Origin: Candidatus Dormibacteria bacterium
Lineage (GTDB): Bacteria; Chloroflexota; Dormibacteria; Aeolococcales; Bog-877
Length of the DNA stretch: 64,000 nt
NCBI GenBank assembly: GCA_050734515.1
Contig: JBOHUM010000010.1
Span: 675 to 64,674, forward strand
Direction of reading: 5' to 3'
In this document: positions 29,252 through 38,728 of the stretch, piece after piece
Position numbering within the stretch: the stretch's first letter is position 1
Layout of the letters: every line of letters starts with the position of its first letter
Notes under the pieces: generated by a model
What the model was told of the DNA's origin: nothing
Seen by the model: only the letters and a program-made list of their open reading frames with translations
The model's database searches: none
Translations under genes and position numbers: made by a program

Positions 29252-30402
29252 GCGGCAGCCGGGCCCGCCGTCTGGCCCTGCTCGGGGGCGCGCTGGCGCT
29301 GCCCCCGGTCCTGGAGGTGCGCCTGCGGCGGCCCCAGCGTCAGCCGTCGGCGGCGTGGAGACGGGTGGCGGTCAGGAAGCGCGGCCCGTGCCGCCTGGGG
29401 ATTTCCTACCGGCCCCGCCAGGCGGAGGCGCTGGGGTTGGACCCGGGCCAGGTGCTGCGCCGCCTGGCCCAACTTCCGGTGGAACTGGTGCGGCTGGGAG
29501 CCTACTGGAGCCGCATCGAGAAGGTCCCCGGCGACTTCGACTTGGGGGAGCTGGATCGGTCGCTTGATGTCGTCGAAAGCGCCGGTAAAAAGGTGATCTT
29601 GGCAGTGGGGGCGCTCAAGACATTCGGCTATCCCGAGCTGTACGTGCCCCCACACTGGGCTCCGAGCGGGTTCCCCGAGGGCCGCCTGGTAACACCCGCC
29701 AGCCACCCCAGGCTGAACGCGGCCGCACGTGAGTTCCTGGCCAGGGTGGTCAGTCGCTACCGGGAGCGGCGCTCGGTGCTCGCTTGGCAGGTCGAGAACG
29801 AGGCCTTGGACCCGCTGGGTATGGAGCACAGCTGGCGGCTCTCACGCGACTTCCTCGCCAGCGAGATGGCCACCGTCCGTTCGCTCGATCCCACGCGCCC
29901 GATTCTGCTCAACGGCTTCCTGCCCATGTCGCTGACGGTGCGGGCGGCGCAGCTATGGCGCACCAGGGGCCAGGGCGACTCCCTGGAGGCGGCCCTGAGC
30001 CTTGCCGACATGGTCGGCCTCGATATCTACCCCCGCAACGCTGCTGCCGCGCTGGGCGGCCACTCCCTCTACCTCGACGGCGCCCAGCTCCCCTGGAACC
30101 GGGTGCCCTGGTCCCGCCTGCGGCGCCGGGTAGAAGCGACCGGCCGGGAACTGGTGGTCTCCGAGGGCCAGGCGGAGCCCTGGGAGGCGACCACGGTCCC
30201 CCCGGACCTTCCCGGCAGCGTGGCCTTCAGCTGTCCCCCAGAACGGGTGATCGCCAACTACAATCTCGGGCTCGGCCCCAGCGGGCAGCCCCCGGTGGTC
30301 AGCGCCTACTTCTTCTGGGGTTTGGAGTACTGGTTACGGCGCGAGACTTCGGGCGACCCCAGCTACTTCGCTGCCTTCACCAGGATTCTCGAGGAGTCGT
30401 AG
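29248..30402 (+). CDS. Glycoside hydrolase-like TIM-barrel protein (clan GH-A-like)
   Basis: The GTG at 29248 overlaps the PIG-L stop (GTGA). A candidate acid/base motif is AWQVENEALDP and a candidate nucleophile region is ELVVSEGQAEPWE. An in-frame TTA codon lies at 30334-30336. The family is not resolved. Confidence 0.6.
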   Translation: MSGSRARRLALLGGALALPPVLEVRLRRPQRQPSAAWRRVAVRKRGPCRLGISYRPRQAEALGLDPGQVLRRLAQLPVELVRLGAYWSRIEKVPGDFDLGELDRSLDVVESAGKKVILAVGALKTFGYPELYVPPHWAPSGFPEGRLVTPASHPRLNAAAREFLARVVSRYRERRSVLAWQVENEALDPLGMEHSWRLSRDFLASEMATVRSLDPTRPILLNGFLPMSLTVRAAQLWRTRGQGDSLEAALSLADMVGLDIYPRNAAAALGGHSLYLDGAQLPWNRVPWSRLRRRVEATGRELVVSEGQAEPWEATTVPPDLPGSVAFSCPPERVIANYNLGLGPSGQPPVVSAYFFWGLEYWLRRETSGDPSYFAAFTRILEES

Positions 30403-30407
30403 GGGCG

Positions 30408-31028
30408 ATGGAAAGCGCCGCGCTCGGCACCCAGCGCTCGCCCATCTTCCGCAGAGGCCCTCTGCGGCCGGTGTTCTGGACGCTGATGGCGACCTGGGTC
30501 GCCTCAGAGGTGACCTTGCAACTGCGCTCGCGCGCCAGCGCGCCCGCCCACGCTGAGGACCAGCTGGACCACGGATCGATGGCCGCCCTCATTGGCAGCG
30601 TCTGGGGTGCAGTTGGCGGCGGCCTGGCAGCTGCCGCCAACGGTGGCCGCGCGCGGCCCCGCTCGACAAGGTTGGCAGTCGCCGGAGGCTCAGCCCTGAT
30701 GGCCGCCGGCATCTGCTTGCGCTGGTGGGCGATCATCGCCTTGGGCGAGTTCTTCACAGTCCGGGTTGCGATCTCTCCGCGGCAGCGGCTGGTCCAGCGC
30801 GGTCCTTACCTCTGGATACAGCACCCCGGCTACGCTGGCGCGCTGCTGACGGTGGCGGGTTGCCTTTGGTGCTGCGACAACCGCGTGGCCCTGGCGCTGT
30901 CTCCGCTGCCAGTGGCGGCGTTCGCCCGCCGGGTGACCATCGAGGAACGGGCGCTCGCAGAGCAGTTCGGCGCCGAGTACCGGGACTACGCCGCCGCTCG
31001 CAAGCGGTTGGTCCCCTTCATATTCTGA
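30408..31028 (+). CDS. Isoprenylcysteine carboxyl methyltransferase (ICMT/PEMT)-family membrane methyltransferase
   Basis: ATG at 30408, 206 aa, several TM helices. Motifs seen: RGPYLWIQHPGYAGALL and EERALAEQFGAEYRDYAA. Confidence 0.75.
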   Translation: MESAALGTQRSPIFRRGPLRPVFWTLMATWVASEVTLQLRSRASAPAHAEDQLDHGSMAALIGSVWGAVGGGLAAAANGGRARPRSTRLAVAGGSALMAAGICLRWWAIIALGEFFTVRVAISPRQRLVQRGPYLWIQHPGYAGALLTVAGCLWCCDNRVALALSPLPVAAFARRVTIEERALAEQFGAEYRDYAAARKRLVPFIF

Positions 31029-31566
31029 CTACGGTCACGCGCGCGTTCGACGTCGTGGCACGGAACGACTCCACAGTTGACCGTGTAACGACAGGCAACA
31101 CCTTCGGCAGGACCGCCGCGGAAACTGTAGGCGGCGGGGTTCGTGAAGAGCGAAGGTACGGATTCGCTCCCCGCAAGTCTCCTGCAGCCGTTGCCTGAAA
31201 CCCTCTGCCGCGCGTGATCAGATGACCGCCGTCAGCATCTTGGCGCAACGTCTCGACCACGAGGAATACTGAAACATCCCCAGCCACCCAGGCACCCCCG
31301 GGGGTGACCGGCATCTCACATGGCGGCCTCAGGGTGCGCGACATTGCCGCGAGCGGGCCTGGGACACGCAGGTCCTGGGCCTCGTCCGGGCGTTCGTTGA
31401 CCCGCAGGCCGTTGGCGACGGGTACACCGTCGTAATGACCCGTCCCGGCACCGCGCGGTCGTCTCCGAGCGGCACTGGGAGTTGTTCAATCCCTAATGCC
31501 GGAAACCTCCGTGCACGGCGTTGGAGACTCCCACCTGCGACTCGCCCAGCAGTCCTGCGGACTGGC

Positions 31567-32064
31567 CTACGTGCGGACCGCCTGCAGGTCAGCCAGGAGG
31601 TCGTCCAGCTTGTCCCAGCTGGTCTGGGCGCCATCGTTTGTTTGGAAGTGATCACCGAGGTTCTCTGGAGCCTTGAACTCCAGGATGTCTGTCATGGTCG
31701 TGACGCGGCCTTCCTCGGTCAAGATCACGGTCTCGACCGCCTCGTCGTCCGGCCACCCCTCGAACAGCCAGGTGGCGACGATCCGCGTTGGCCGCTCGAC
31801 CTCGAGGAAGCTGCCCCGGAATGAGCACTCCGTGCCCCCAGGGGCGTACCACGCGTAGTGGTACTTTCCACCAACCCGCAGATCGATCTCGCAGATGTGG
31901 AGCGGCACCGCATCCGCGGGGAACCACACGCGGATGTGCTCAGGCTCGGTCATCGCATCGAAGACCAGCGCCATCGGCGCCTCGAACTTGCGCTGGATCG
32001 TGACCGTGCGGTCGGTGAACTCGAAGGTAGCCGAGCCGTGTCGAGTAGTTGTCCTAGTTGTCAT
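31567..32064 (-). CDS. SRPBCC/AHSA1-family (activator of Hsp90 ATPase homolog-like) protein
   Basis: ATG at 32064, 165 aa. Motifs seen: IQRKFEAPMALVFDAMTEPEHIRVWF and GGKYHYAW...FLEVERPTRIV. It has an ATGA overlap with the upstream arsR-family gene. Confidence 0.8.
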   Translation of the reverse strand: MTTRTTTRHGSATFEFTDRTVTIQRKFEAPMALVFDAMTEPEHIRVWFPADAVPLHICEIDLRVGGKYHYAWYAPGGTECSFRGSFLEVERPTRIVATWLFEGWPDDEAVETVILTEEGRVTTMTDILEFKAPENLGDHFQTNDGAQTSWDKLDDLLADLQAVRT

Positions 32065-32426
32065 GGTGCCCCTTTTGGTTGCTGGTCTGGTTTGCGTTCT
32101 TGACGCTGGGGCTCGCTGAGGTAGTCGTCGAGCCTGTCGAGACGCTCGTTCGAGATGAGCTCGTACTTCGCGACCCAGTCGCCCAGCGGTCGCAGGCAGG
32201 GGGGATTTAGTCGGTAGAGACGACGGCGCCCCACCGCACGACACCGGACGAGCCCCACTTCGCTGAGGACCCGCAGGTGCTTGGAGACCTGGGGCTGGGA
32301 GATCGCGAGCTCGTCGACGATCGCCCCGACCGGCTTTTCCCCTCCGACCAGCAAGTCGAGTATGTCGCGACGGTGCGCTTCCGCGATCGCGTTGAAGACG
32401 TCGGCAGTGGCTGAAGCCCGAGCCAT
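32061..32426 (-). CDS. ArsR/SmtB-family transcriptional regulator
   Basis: 121-aa ORF with the motifs FNAIAEAHRRDILDLL and ELAISQPQVSKHLRVLSEVGLV. Confidence 0.85.
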   Translation of the reverse strand: MARASATADVFNAIAEAHRRDILDLLVGGEKPVGAIVDELAISQPQVSKHLRVLSEVGLVRCRAVGRRRLYRLNPPCLRPLGDWVAKYELISNERLDRLDDYLSEPQRQERKPDQQPKGAP

Positions 32427-32718
32427 GGTCCTATTATATGTCTAGATCGGCATATGGCACGACCACTGGACCCTGTGCCCCGGGGGGGCACGGCCCACGG
32501 GCACGCGAGAGTGGCGCCTGGGCCTCGTCCAGGCGCCAGTCAACGCGCTCGTCGAGCCCCACCAAAGCGCCGAGCCATCGACGAAGCCGCGGCGATCTGC
32601 TCGAGCGCGGCCGCCACCCTCCACGGGTGTGGGGGGAGCTTGCGGCCCCTCCGCCCTACGGGTTCCAGCCTCGTCTTCTCGGGGCCGCTAGGCGATCGAG
32701 CCGTCGGGGTGTCCCGAG

Positions 32719-32744
32719 TCAAACCGACCCACTACCCGGCAGTC
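32719..32744 (+). repeat. 26-nt imperfect direct repeat, copy A (TCAAACCGACCCACTACCCGGCAGTC)
   Basis: Read directly. It shares 23 of 26 positions, including a 16-nt exact core CCACTACCCGGCAGTC, with copy B at 33902-33927. Both copies are intergenic. Confidence 0.8.
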
Positions 32745-33242
32745 GGAGGTGGCCTAGCTTGGGAACTGGTGTTGTGCGCAATCTGATGGCGCAGGCTGCG
32801 CCAGCGATTGGACATTGGAACGGTAGGTCGGCCTTCGTGCCGGCACGACCCGGTGTCGCGGGCCAACGAGTGAGCACACGCTCGATGACACTCGCAGCCT
32901 CCAGTCGGGACAGTGCCGCGAAGACATCCGCCGCTGGGACCCGCTACCGAACCGTCGACCGCGCGGTGCGCGGTTGTGGGCGAGCCAGCCGGCCCGGAGG
33001 GCGATGAGACTCTGGCCGCGCCTCTCGGCGTTTCCGCGCGCCCCTGCGCCGCCTGTTTTGGAGCGAATTCGGGATGACTCCTGACGAGCTAAGGCGCCGC
33101 TCCCGAGCAAATCGAGCACTTCGACTGTTGCGGGAGACGAATCTGTCCATGACCGAGTGGGAAGGGCGACCAAGCGCGGCCACGACCGTTGAGGCTCGCG
33201 GGCCGGATCCACGGTGCGGGTGGTGCCGCCACCCCGACAGCC

Positions 33243-33599
33243 CTAGCGGCGAATCAGGCGCTTGCCGGTGGGCGTTGAGCCTCGCGTGTAGTCGAGGTGG
33301 TAGTGGTCGAAGATCTTGGCCTCTTCCTCCTGGGGCAGCTCGGCGTTCAGGGCAAGGGTCGGCGCACTCTTCACCTGCGACTTGGCTTGGTCGGTGAGCA
33401 GGTGCTCTTTGCCCACCGATAGGCCCTGGAAGGGGACGAAGGTCAGGTGGGGACTCAGCAGCCCAACTTTCACCCCGAGAAAGAGTGGCTGGTCAGTCTC
33501 CGAGTCGTAGTAGATCTCCTCCAGCGTTCCGATCTTCTCTCTGCCTGCATCGACCACGTCCTCTCCCCGCCACTGGTTGATGTCTTCCAGCTTCACCAT
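33243..33599 (-). CDS. PRC-barrel domain protein
   Basis: 118-aa ORF. The N-terminus (GEDVVDAGREKIGTLEEIYYDSETDQPLFLGVKVG) fits the PRC-barrel pattern. Confidence 0.75.
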   Translation of the reverse strand: MVKLEDINQWRGEDVVDAGREKIGTLEEIYYDSETDQPLFLGVKVGLLSPHLTFVPFQGLSVGKEHLLTDQAKSQVKSAPTLALNAELPQEEEAKIFDHYHLDYTRGSTPTGKRLIRR

Positions 33600-33618
33600 G
33601 GGCGCCTACTCCTCTGAC

Positions 33619-33864
33619 CTAGCCAGAGTGGGCTGGACGCTTGCCCCACCGGGCAGCGGCCGCCTTCTTGGCGATCTCGTTCCGCTGTACGGGGGAGAGC
33701 TTGGCCGCCCGGGCCTTGCCACCCTTGAGGCCCCCCAGCCGGCCCAACTCCACGGCGGCTGGGTTCTTCCCGGCGTTGGGATCGTAGTCTGGGTCAGTTG
33801 ACTGGCGGACGATCTCATAGGCCATGCGGTTGAGATCGGCTGGCTTTCTTGAGCGCTTCGGCAT
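33619..33864 (-). CDS. Small basic protein with KGG-type motif (LGRLGGLKGGKARAAKLSP..R.EIAKKAAAARW)
   Basis: 81-aa ORF that ends 19 nt upstream of the PRC-barrel gene. I recall the C-terminal motif as widespread in small stress- or phage-associated bacterial proteins, but I cannot name the family. Confidence 0.55.
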   Translation of the reverse strand: MPKRSRKPADLNRMAYEIVRQSTDPDYDPNAGKNPAAVELGRLGGLKGGKARAAKLSPVQRNEIAKKAAAARWGKRPAHSG

Positions 33865-33901
33865 ACGACCATCGTATCAGCCGATCTCGGATTGGCCAAC
33901 T

Positions 33902-33927
33902 TCAAATTGAGCCACTACCCGGCAGTC
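33902..33927 (+). repeat. 26-nt imperfect direct repeat, copy B (TCAAATTGAGCCACTACCCGGCAGTC)
   Basis: Read directly. It lies 38-63 nt upstream (minus-strand sense) of the 81-aa gene start at 33864. Confidence 0.8.
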
Positions 33928-34115
33928 AGCAGGGTTTGAAAAGGCCTGCTCGCCGGATATAATTGTGTCAGCGCAGCGACGAGTGCTGCGCTGCCGGGTG
34001 GCGGGGAGCACCGGGTAACCAGGATGCGCACACCGCCGTTTCAGCACCGGACGTCCAGTTCAGGACTCCGGGTGACCCGCCATTTGAGCCAAGGCTCAGA
34101 AGGGACCCCCAACCC

Positions 34116-34523
34116 ATGATGACCTCAGAACGAGACAACCGCTTCCGCAGCACCCGCCGCGAGATCCTGAGGCGCCAGCGCGACCGCTTCTCCCGGACCC
34201 GGATTCTGCGCAAGTACCGCTCCCATCTGGAACACCTCGACCGTGTCCTCGCCGACCTCGAGGACGCCCGGATCCGTGAGCGCCGGGTGGTCCCACCCAG
34301 CGTGGCCGAGCACCTGCGTCACGCCGAGGTGGCCCAGGCCGACCCCGACCTGGCCCAGGTGGTCGCCAGCAGCCGCCCCAGTATCGACCGGGTCCAGGAC
34401 GCGGTCTTCGACGCTCAGGGTCGGATCATGGTGGAGGTCAGCCGGCTGCTGGGTCAGCCGGACTGGGTCACGATCGAGGAGGAGGAGGGCGAGGCCCTGG
34501 AGCTAGAGGTCTCGCATCACTGA
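34116..34523 (+). CDS. Hypothetical protein (135 aa, highly charged)
   Basis: ATG at 34116 within the 186-aa ORF. It has an Arg-rich N-terminus and an acidic C-terminus, and I recognise no motif. Confidence 0.35.
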   Translation: MMTSERDNRFRSTRREILRRQRDRFSRTRILRKYRSHLEHLDRVLADLEDARIRERRVVPPSVAEHLRHAEVAQADPDLAQVVASSRPSIDRVQDAVFDAQGRIMVEVSRLLGQPDWVTIEEEEGEALELEVSHH

Positions 34524-35188
34524 TCCGCGTCCGGCGGCGGGGCGGGTTCGCCTGACGGCCCCAGCTCGGGGTTGAAGGAGCGGGCCAGCTCCACCACCAG
34601 GGCCTGATCCCGTCGGGCCCGGCGGCTTCGGGAAGAGTGCTGCTGCCTGGGGCGCACCGGCAGGTGGGCTCGGTGGCGTAGCCGCTCCGCCTCCCGGGTC
34701 TGGCGGTCCTGAAGGAGCCGCTCGAACTCGGACAGGGCGGCCTCCACCGCCGCCTGCTGCGCCGGTCCCGGCTCCGCTGAGTTTTCCCCCAACTGGCGGA
34801 GATGCTCTTCCAGGCGGGCCAGCCGGGCCGGCGGCAGCCGGGTCCGGGCCGCGGCCAGACTGCTGGCCACCTGCACTTGGTGACGCTCCTGCTGGCCCTT
34901 GGGCCCGGCCTGGGCCACCTCCTGGGCGCGCGCCTGGCGCAGGGCCGCCTGGGCCCGATCCAGCAGTTGCCGGTAGGCGTCCTCCAGTCCCTGGTGGCGG
35001 CCCTCCGCCGCCTCGCTGGCTAGGCGCTGGGACTCGGTGCGCAGCCCTTCGATCGCCTCCTCGGCCTGGAGCTGGCGCAGCTGGGGGAAGATGAAGACCC
35101 CGCACTTGCGGTCCAGCTCGACGAACGCCTGGCGCACCTCGGCCGGAAGCTCGGAGTGCTCGGGCACCTGGAGCGAACTGGTCGCCAT
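34517..35188 (-). CDS. Hypothetical coiled-coil-like protein (223 aa)
   Basis: ATG at 35188, 7 nt downstream of the rpe stop. The sequence is Gln/Arg/Ala/Glu-rich and helical-looking, with no recognisable motif. Confidence 0.4.
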   Translation of the reverse strand: MATSSLQVPEHSELPAEVRQAFVELDRKCGVFIFPQLRQLQAEEAIEGLRTESQRLASEAAEGRHQGLEDAYRQLLDRAQAALRQARAQEVAQAGPKGQQERHQVQVASSLAAARTRLPPARLARLEEHLRQLGENSAEPGPAQQAAVEAALSEFERLLQDRQTREAERLRHRAHLPVRPRQQHSSRSRRARRDQALVVELARSFNPELGPSGEPAPPPDADQ

Positions 35189-35195
35189 CGCCGCC

Positions 35196-35885
35196 TCAGC
35201 CGGGGGCGGATGGGGCGGTGGCGGGCCGCCGCCCCATCCGCTCCAGGAGGCAGCCGACGCCGGCCTGGGTCCCGCCCTCCGCCCGGAAGACGGAGGTACC
35301 GGCCACCAGGACGCTGGCACCGGCCTCCAGGGCCGCGGCGGCGTTGTCGGCCTCGATGCCTCCGTCCAGTTCCACATCGCAGTCCAGGCCCGCGGACTCG
35401 ATCAGATGGCGGAGTCGGCGCACCTTGTCCAGGGCGGACGGTTGGAAGGCTTGGCCGCCGAAGCCGGGGTCGACCGACATCACCAGCGCCAAGCGGATCT
35501 CGGGAAGGATGTCCCGGAGGAAATCGGCCGGGGTGGCGGGGTTTATCCCCACCCCGGGCTGGGCGCCCTGGCGGCGGACTAGGGATACAGTGCGGTGCAG
35601 CTGCGGGCAGGCCTCGAAGTGGACGGTGATCAGGCCCGCCCCGGCGGCGGCGAAGTCGGGGATGATCGCGTCCGGCCGCTCCACCATCAGGTGGGCCTCG
35701 ATGAAAAGTGAGGTGGAGCGGCGGCACGCGGCGACGATGTCCGGCCCCATGGTGAGGTTGGGGACGAAGTGGTTGTCCATGACATCGACGTGGAGCCGGT
35801 CGGCGCCGGCGCGCTCGCAGGCCTGCACCTCCTCGCCCAGCCGGGCGAAGTCGGCGGCAAGAATGGAAGGGGCGAGCAGGCTCAC
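35196..35885 (-). CDS. rpe: Ribulose-phosphate 3-epimerase
   Basis: 229-aa ORF with the motifs APSILAADFARLGEE, LHVDVMDNHFVPNLT and SVDPGFGGQ. Confidence 0.95.
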   Translation of the reverse strand: MSLLAPSILAADFARLGEEVQACERAGADRLHVDVMDNHFVPNLTMGPDIVAACRRSTSLFIEAHLMVERPDAIIPDFAAAGAGLITVHFEACPQLHRTVSLVRRQGAQPGVGINPATPADFLRDILPEIRLALVMSVDPGFGGQAFQPSALDKVRRLRHLIESAGLDCDVELDGGIEADNAAAALEAGASVLVAGTSVFRAEGGTQAGVGCLLERMGRRPATAPSAPG

Positions 35886-36056
35886 CCTTCCGGGGCGCCC
35901 CGGGGTGCGTTTCTGGGGGCCCGCACCCTGTGCCCGCCCGGGGCTGGCGGTACCGGCCCAGGGCTCAGGGGCGTCTCCGTCCTGGCCGGCCCCTCGCAGT
36001 GCACAGCCAGACTCTACGACCGAGGCCTCTCTCGGCCGGAGTCGGAGCGAGCTGCC

Positions 36057-38132
36057 TCAGGTCGTGGACTCGCCCTGGACCAGTTGCTGGGCCCGCAGAG
36101 CCACCGCCTCTGGGGTCAGGCCCAGGTGCTGGTAGATGGTCTGGTAGGGCGCCGAGGCCCCGAACCGGTCCACGCCGATCACGGCCCCAGAGAGGCCCAC
36201 CCACCGCCACCAGGGCTGGTCCACCCCCGCCTCCACCGCCAGCCGGGGCACCCCGGGCGGGAGCACCTGATCTCGGTAGGCCTGGTCCTGGGCGGCGAAG
36301 AGCTCCATCGAGGGCATGCTCACCACCCGGGCCCGGATGCCCCGGACCTCCAGTAGGGCCCGGGCCTCGACGCAGAGGGAGAGCTCGCTGCCGGTGCCGA
36401 TCAGTACGCATTGGCTGCCATCCCCCTCCGCCTCCACCAGCACATAGGCACCCCGGGCCACGCCCTCCCGGGCCAGGAGCCGGCTTCCGGGCAGCACGGG
36501 CAGGTTCTGCCGGCAGAGCACCAGAGCGGTCGGCGCCTCGCCCCGCTCCAGCGCCACCGCCCAAGCCCAGCTGGACTCGTTGGCGTCCCCGGGACGGATG
36601 ACGGTCAGGTCAGGGATGGCCCGCAGCGCCGCCAGGTGCTCCACCGGCTGGTGGGTGGGGCCGTCCTCGCCCAGGCCAATGCTGTCGTGGGTGTAGACCC
36701 AGGTCACCCCCAGGTGGGCCAGGGCCGACAGCCGCACCGCCGGTCGCTGGTAGTCGGAGAAGGTGAAGAAGGTGGCGCTGTAGGGTCGCAGTCCGCCGTG
36801 GGCCGCGATCCCGTTGCAGGCCGCACCCATGGCGTGCTCCCGGACCCCGAAGTGGAGGTTGCGCCCGGTCCCAGTGCGGCCGTCGAAGTCGCCGCCACCG
36901 GGGAGCGCGGTCTTGGTGGACTCGGAGAGGTCGGCGTCGCCGCCCAGGATCCAGGGGATCCGCCCCGCCAGCTGCACCAGGGCCTTGCCCGCCGAACTGC
37001 GGGTGGCCACCGGGTCGTCGCCCTCATCCCAGCTGGGCAGCACCTCCTGCCAGCCCTGAGGCAGCTGGCCCGCCCAGGCCAGGCGCCACTCCTGGGCCAG
37101 GTCCTGGTTGGCCTCGCTCCAGGCCCGGAAGCGTTCACCCCACCCGGAGCTGAGCTGGGCGCCGTGCTCCCGGGCCCGGCGAAAGTGGGCCAGGGCCTGG
37201 TCGGGAATGTAGAAGCTGCGTTCCGGGTCCCAGCCGTAGGCCCGCTTGGCGGCGGCCACCTCCTCCTCTCCCAATGGCGACCCATGGGCGGCGTTGGTGT
37301 CCTGCTTGTGGGGGGCGCCGTAGCCGATGTGGGTTCGAATCGCGATCAGCGAGGGCCGGTCCGAGTCGTCGATGGCAGCCTGGATGGCCTGGCCGATCCC
37401 CTTGAGGTCCAGGGTGCCGTCCTCGACCCGCTGCACCTGCCAGTCGTAGGCGGAGAAGCGGGCGAGCACGTCCTCGGAGAAGGCCAGCGAGGTGGGGCCG
37501 TCCAGCGAGACGTGGTTGTCGTCGTAGAGGCAGATCAGCTTGCCCAGGCCCAGGTGGCCCGCCAGTGAGGCGGCCTCGGAGCTGATGCCCTCCATCATGT
37601 CGCCGTCGCTGCAGAGGACGAAGGTACGGTGATCCACCACCGCCGGGGTCCCCTCGCGGTTGTAGCGGCAGGCGAGAAAGCGCTCGGCCATGGCCATGCC
37701 CACCCCGTTGCCGAAGCCCTGCCCCAGAGGGCCGGTGGTGACCTCCACCCCCGGGGTCAGGCCCCGCTCGGGGTGGCCCGGGGTCAGCGAGCCCCACTGC
37801 CGGAACTGGCGAAGCTGCTCCAGGGGCAGGTCGTAGCCGGTGAGGTGGAGCAGGCCGTAGAGCAGCATCGAGCCGTGGCCGGCCGAGAGCACGAATCGGT
37901 CCCGATCGGGCCAGTGGGGGTCACCAGGGTCGTGGCGCAGGAACTGGGTCCAGAGCACGTAGGCCGCCGGGGCGATCCCCATGGGCAGGCCGGGATGGCC
38001 CGATTTGGCCTTCTCGACCGCGTCCATGGCCAGGGTGCGGATGGTGTTGATGCAGAGGTTGTCGAGCTCGCTTCCCGCCTGGGGCAGGGTGGCCTCGGCG
38101 CTCATGCGCCCGGGATCCGGAGCTTCTGCCAT
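36057..38132 (-). CDS. tkt: Transketolase
   Basis: 691-aa ORF with the motifs [39 protein letters not shown] and [16 protein letters not shown]. Confidence 0.95.
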   Translation of the reverse strand: MAEAPDPGRMSAEATLPQAGSELDNLCINTIRTLAMDAVEKAKSGHPGLPMGIAPAAYVLWTQFLRHDPGDPHWPDRDRFVLSAGHGSMLLYGLLHLTGYDLPLEQLRQFRQWGSLTPGHPERGLTPGVEVTTGPLGQGFGNGVGMAMAERFLACRYNREGTPAVVDHRTFVLCSDGDMMEGISSEAASLAGHLGLGKLICLYDDNHVSLDGPTSLAFSEDVLARFSAYDWQVQRVEDGTLDLKGIGQAIQAAIDDSDRPSLIAIRTHIGYGAPHKQDTNAAHGSPLGEEEVAAAKRAYGWDPERSFYIPDQALAHFRRAREHGAQLSSGWGERFRAWSEANQDLAQEWRLAWAGQLPQGWQEVLPSWDEGDDPVATRSSAGKALVQLAGRIPWILGGDADLSESTKTALPGGGDFDGRTGTGRNLHFGVREHAMGAACNGIAAHGGLRPYSATFFTFSDYQRPAVRLSALAHLGVTWVYTHDSIGLGEDGPTHQPVEHLAALRAIPDLTVIRPGDANESSWAWAVALERGEAPTALVLCRQNLPVLPGSRLLAREGVARGAYVLVEAEGDGSQCVLIGTGSELSLCVEARALLEVRGIRARVVSMPSMELFAAQDQAYRDQVLPPGVPRLAVEAGVDQPWWRWVGLSGAVIGVDRFGASAPYQTIYQHLGLTPEAVALRAQQLVQGESTT

Positions 38133-38199
38133 GGCTCCATGCTCGCACTCCCGGTCAGGGGGCCGGTACGAGGATCCCGGCAGGTGGCCCGCAGCACCT

Positions 38200-38559
38200 T
38201 CAGCTGGAGCTGCTGGCAGGCTCGGAAGTGGCCCGCTCCACCCCGGCCTCGGTGGGCAGGCCGCGGCCCATCCACTCCGAGATCCCCCCGATCATTGAGG
38301 TGGCCAGCACCCCCTGCTCGCGCAGGAACTTGGTGGCCCGGAAGCTGCGGGATCCGGCGGCGCAGTGCACCACCACCACCTGCCCGGCGGGCAGCTCCCG
38401 CCAGCGGCGATCGAGCTCCTCGATCGGGATCCAGCGACTGCCGGCGATCCGCAGCCGCTGCCGCTCCTCGCGGTCTCGGACATCCAGCAGTGGTGCCTCG
38501 GACGCCAGCAGGGCACGGGCCGCGTCCACCTCCACCTCGAGCGCGATCGGAGCCGCCAC
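38200..38559 (-). CDS. Single-domain rhodanese (sulfurtransferase); start uncertain
   Basis: The 3' part of the 250-aa ORF contains LLDVRDREE and the active-site loop [12 protein letters not shown], followed by GGISEW. GTG 38559 is chosen as the start, and alternative GTGs lie up to about 38640. Confidence 0.7.
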   Translation of the reverse strand: MAAPIALEVEVDAARALLASEAPLLDVRDREERQRLRIAGSRWIPIEELDRRWRELPAGQVVVVHCAAGSRSFRATKFLREQGVLATSMIGGISEWMGRGLPTEAGVERATSEPASSSS

Positions 38560-38728
38560 GCGCGGATTATGGCCGCCGCTAGGGGTCGGGCGCCCACTGC
38601 GGAAGAGCGGGACCACTTCCCAAGTGGCGGTGGCAGCCACTATCCTAGGTCGACCGCCCGGGGGGCGGCGATCGGTTGCTGGGCGCCCAGGTCCGGTCGC
38701 GGATCGGCTACCGAGGGAGGTGCGCGGG

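Noticed and set aside
26164-34523. Calling the whole 26-34 kb stretch a mobile element
   Set aside because: The long gaps, a pseudogene fragment, TTA codons and visibly lower GC in the spacers suggest an accessory or decaying region. No transposase, integrase, inverted terminal repeats or conjugation genes are present, so only the individual observations are reported.
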